Part shown: one piece after another, positions 1 to 1,843 of the stretch
Layout: every line of letters begins with the position of its first letter
How positions within the stretch are numbered: the stretch's first letter is position 1
DNA from: Naegleria gruberi
Lineage: Eukaryota
DNA length: 1,843 bases
NCBI GenBank assembly: GCA_000004985.1
Contig: GG739318.1
Reading direction: 5' to 3' (one strand)
Translations under genes and position numbers: made by a program
The notes under the pieces: generated by a model
What the model was told of the DNA's origin: nothing
The model's input: only the letters and a program-made list of their open reading frames with translations
The model's database searches: none

Positions 1-452
1 ACCATATTCACGAACAGTATCCTTACACTTTTCATGAATATCCTTATCACCAATAAAACCCAAAAAGTTATTAGTACCAAAGTTAATAACCTTGTCCTTC
101 TTTCCTTCAACAGTGAATTCAACATCGGCAACTGAAGTGACGACATATTCATGTTCCTTCATAGCATTAATTGTAGCATCAACATTGCTATCATCAGAGG
201 TTGGAACAAGTGGTACAGGTTCCCAATCTTCAATAATTTCATCTTCTTGTTTCTTGGAAAGTTTTTGTGGTGGCACAGCTGAACGTCTCTTGCTCATCAA
301 ATACCAAACAATTAAAACAATAATTGAAACATCAATCAATGAACGATATGGGTGATTTTGAAACTCTCCAACAAGAATATCGGCAAGTTTGTTAAAGATG
401 TTGACGTATCGAGACAATGATTCCATTGCCGATAATGTTGATGTTGCCTCTT
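1..452 (-). CDS. LCB1: Serine palmitoyltransferase subunit 1 (LCB1/SPTLC1 family), N-terminal 150 codons; partial, C-terminus beyond the window's left edge
   Basis: Reverse-complement translation from ATG at 452..450 reads MSTQEATSTLSAMESLSRYVNIFNKLADILVGEFQNHPYRSLIDVSIIVLIVWYLMSKRRSAVPPQKLSKKQEDEIIEDWEPVPLVPTSDDSNVDATINAMKEHEYVVTSVADVEFTVEGKKDKVINFGTNNFLGFIGDKDIHEKCKDTVREYG. The frame stays open to position 3; positions 1-2 are a partial codon. From memory, 'LSxxQExDxxIEDWEPxPLV' aligns with S. cerevisiae Lcb1 'LSPQEIDALIEDWEPEPLV' and human SPTLC1 'IEEWQPEPLV'. 'INFGTNNFLGF...T..EYG' aligns with 'NLASNNFLQL...TIKNYG' / 'INFASFNFLGLL'. The hydrophobic 'SLIDVSIIVLIVWYLM' matches the N-terminal membrane segment of Lcb1. 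Start context AAAAAAATGTCC (A-rich, A at -3, Ser second codon) is typical for yeast. The coding strand is purine-rich, as expected. Confidence 0.85.
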
Positions 453-600
453 GTGTGGACATTTTTTTCTTCTTGAGAATTTTAATATTAGGCGGATCAC
501 CCGCTAAACCCTTTTCGCAAATGCTGGCTTGACTTTTAACGATTTTTTGTTAATGGATTTTTGCGATGTGAGCGAAATGTAGAATTGCCCAAGCTCGACT
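453..600 (-). promoter_or_regulatory. Probable LCB1 5' leader / core promoter region. It is locally less AT-rich (~40% GC) than its surroundings, ends in an A7 tract abutting the ATG, and has no upstream ATG on the mRNA strand.
   Basis: There is no 'cat' on the plus strand between 453 and 600, so no uATG in the first ~150 nt of the leader. A run of seven T at 453-459 on the plus strand gives AAAAAAA immediately 5' of ATG on the minus strand. The true TSS and promoter boundaries cannot be set from sequence alone. Confidence 0.45.
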
Positions 601-621
601 TGTAAATTTTTTCGAAAGTAT

Positions 622-647
622 TTGAAATTTCACCAAGTCTTGAAATT
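622..647. repeat. 10-bp perfect palindrome TGAAATTTCA (623-632), with TTGAAATT repeated directly at 622-629 and 640-647
   Basis: Seen directly in the sequence. The core GAAnnTTC is a two-unit heat-shock-element-like arrangement. The third unit that a functional HSE needs is absent. Confidence 0.5.
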
Positions 648-764
648 AATAAAGTCAAATATTAAATGTATTGATTGTTGTAATATACTTGTTAGGCCTG
701 TTTGGAAGGGTCAAGAATAACACACGGAACCCTTTTTCCTTGATATCTCAATGATACGTTTCGG

Positions 765-792
765 TTCTTCAATAGCAAGCTGTATTGAAGAA
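765..792. repeat. Perfect 10-bp inverted repeat TTCTTCAATA-(8 nt: GCAAGCTG)-TATTGAAGAA
   Basis: Seen directly in the sequence: the reverse complement of 765-774 equals 783-792. Part of the spacer is also self-complementary (C776:G782, A777:T781). Confidence 0.6.
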
Positions 793-799
793 AAGTCAT

Positions 800-807
800 T
801 ATAAAAG
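800..807 (+). promoter_or_regulatory. Consensus TATA box TATAAAAG on the plus strand. Read on the minus strand it is CTTTTATA, so the orientation is ambiguous.
   Basis: Exact match to the TATAWAWR consensus. It lies ~350 bp from the LCB1 ATG and ~800 bp upstream of the coding-like segment at 1598. The perfect inverted repeat at 765-792 sits immediately upstream of it. Confidence 0.4.
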
Positions 808-1365
808 GACTCAACCTGACAAACCTTCTTTGTTTTTGTATCAAAGCATCTCGTTTCTTACTCACTACATAGTTGCCAGCAATACATTGTCCTGAATTTA
901 AGGGTTCATTCAGATCAAGAAGATCACATAATTGACAAGTATCATAATACGTAATGGATTCTATTGAACTTGTTCTGCAGGTGTTAAAGGATTAGCAAGA
1001 TTTGTTTCCGTAAAGAAGGACCTTCAAATTTTCTGTGAACTGAACTTGTAAAATGCTGTTGATTATACTGCCCTTTAGCATGAATTCTGCCTTTTTGGAG
1101 AAGGACTCATTTTCACTCTTTCAACAACATATGTTCCAATTCAGCAAGATATTAAATCAGCGAATAAGATTTGTGAAGAAATGAAGGATATTTTTGTTTC
1201 AGGAAGAGGAGATCGAATTTCTCCCAATAAAGAACTGGAATCATGGCCATCATATCCTGCAATATTCATTCATATAATACATGCATAGAATCATAGCCAC
1301 AAATTTGAGAGAGTTGCCTTTCAATCTTGATCTAAAATTGGAGATTTTGATTTCATGCCTTGATC

Positions 1366-1388
1366 AGATTCGGATTCAGATTCAGATA
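1366..1388. repeat. Short tandem hexamer repeat (RGATTC), ~3.8 copies: AGATTC GGATTC AGATTC AGATA
   Basis: Seen directly in the sequence. It falls inside the low-confidence ORF 1281..1601, where it would encode QIRIQIQII. Confidence 0.6.
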
Positions 1389-1597
1389 ATAACTAAGCTG
1401 GTACACCAAAGTCTAAAATCAAGATATCATCCAATTATCGCAGTTGACTATTCAACATGGCGATCAAGTAATAGTGTTGAAATTTGTGAGCTTTCCGAGA
1501 GAACTGCTCAGATCTTACATGTTTGCACATCAATTTTGAAACCAATAACAGAGCTTGACGGATCAGAAAAGCAATTATTATTCAAGATTATTATCGA

Positions 1598-1821
1598 ATG
1601 AATGGGCAAAGTATTGAGAGAAATAAGAGCAAGCTTACCAAGTACAAGAATGTTTTTAGAACAATCAAGAGCAAAGCAAAAGCAAATTGGAGGGTGAGAA
1701 TTCAAATGGTGAATCCACTGCAAGTGTAGTTGAAGAGATCCCTAGGAAGAAATCGAAGAAGGGTGATAATGATGTATCAAAGGAGAATGAAAAGAATAAC
1801 AGTACTTCTGATTCTGATTAA
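1598..1821 (+). CDS. Candidate small protein-coding segment, with the reading frame split across two overlapping frames. ATG 1598..TAG 1729 gives a 43-aa Lys-rich peptide. An open frame 1660..TAA 1821 gives NNQEQSKSKLEGENSNGESTASVVEEIPRKKSKKGDNDVSKENEKNNSTSDSD*. It is either a small gene with a short intron or frameshift, or it is non-coding.
   Basis: The plus strand is strongly purine-rich here, a coding-sense signature in yeasts. The frame ending at TAA 1819-1821 uses yeast-preferred codons (GGT, AAG, GAA, TCT, ACT, GTT) and ends in an acidic Ser/Asp tail typical of real C-termini. That frame has no in-frame ATG after its upstream stop (TAG 1657-1659). In-frame joining is possible by a 49-nt intron (GT 1611 ... 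TTTTTAG 1659) from ATG 1602, which would give MGK|NNQEQ... (56 aa). A -1 shift from the ATG-1598 frame would also join them. No homolog recognised. Confidence 0.3.
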
Positions 1822-1843
1822 TTATTGTAAACAATCCTTTCGG

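Noticed and set aside
92-355. Plus-strand 87-aa ORF from the six-frame track
   Set aside because: It lies entirely antisense to the well-supported LCB1 CDS. Its Ser/Thr/Ile-rich, low-complexity translation is the kind of spurious frame a reversed purine-rich coding strand produces.
541-564. Two adjacent Sm-site-like elements (GATTTTTTG, GATTTTTG)
   Set aside because: AU5-6G strings are frequent in AT-rich yeast intergenic DNA. No flanking snRNA-like stems or conserved snRNA boxes (U1 5' end, U5 loop, U6 ACAGAGA) were found.
751-819. Possible C/D-box snoRNA (ATGATAC … CTGA ~65 nt apart)
   Set aside because: The C box is non-consensus (it lacks the essential terminal GA of UGAUGA). There is no terminal stem between the flanks, and no obvious guide complementarity could be assessed.
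1281-1601. Plus-strand 106-aa ORF (MHRIIATNLRELPFNLDL…)
   Set aside because: Its codon usage is poor for a yeast gene (several ATA, CTA, CGG, CGA). No recognisable domain or homolog. It contains the RGATTC microsatellite. Its stop overlaps the next ATG (ATGA), which looks coincidental in a eukaryote. It is kept only as a remote possibility (<0.15) that it is an exon of a larger spliced gene.
1598-1604. ATGA/TGAATG stop-start overlap reminiscent of prokaryotic translational coupling
   Set aside because: The window is clearly eukaryotic (LCB1, yeast Kozak context, TATA promoter architecture). Operon-style coupling is not expected, so this is treated as coincidence.
1508-1723. Minus-strand 71-aa ORF (MQWIHHLNSHPP…)
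   Set aside because: It begins at a TTG, not an ATG (the reverse complement of 1721-1723 is TTG). It is antisense to the purine-rich coding-like segment, and the cysteine- and isoleucine-rich translation is low-complexity. The call is an artefact of bacterial start-codon rules.
1721-1730. 10-mer CAAGTGTAGT identical to part of the U2 snRNA branch-point-interacting region
   Set aside because: The invariant GUAGUA is not preserved (it reads GUAGUU). The upstream GGCUAAGAU and downstream flanks do not match U2. No Sm site or stem-loops in the right places. It is a chance 10-mer.
453-1843. tRNA genes, CRISPR arrays, transposon ends/LTRs, or a prokaryotic defence or secretion system
   Set aside because: There are no A-box/B-box (GGTTCGANTCC) matches on either strand. 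No spaced direct repeats, terminal inverted repeats or LTR-like duplications. The sequence is eukaryotic, so bacterial system types do not apply.

Overview
This window is AT-rich eukaryotic DNA, most likely from an ascomycete yeast. The codon usage (TTG/TTA/CTT Leu, AGA/CGT Arg) and an A-rich ATG context fit that reading. I could not identify the species.

The one secure feature is the 5' end of a minus-strand gene for serine palmitoyltransferase subunit 1 (LCB1/SPTLC1 family). Its start codon is at 452..450 and the CDS runs off the left edge at position 1 (150 codons visible). The conserved 'IEDWEPxPLV' block, the 'NF(G/A)xNNFLG' block and an N-terminal hydrophobic segment are all present.

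The remaining ~1.39 kb (453..1843) lies upstream of LCB1 and contains no long, convincing ORF. Within it I see:
- a clean, uATG-free LCB1 leader;
- a consensus TATAAAAG on the plus strand (800-807), preceded by a perfect 10-bp inverted repeat;
- several palindromes and short direct repeats;
- a purine-rich, coding-like segment at the window end (1598-1821). Two overlapping reading frames there suggest either a small acidic/Ser-rich protein gene interrupted by a short intron or frameshift, or a non-coding or pseudogenised locus.

Nothing here resembles a prokaryotic defence system, mobile element, CRISPR array or RNA gene that I can support. The most interesting open question is what is transcribed from the TATA box into this ORF-poor interval.
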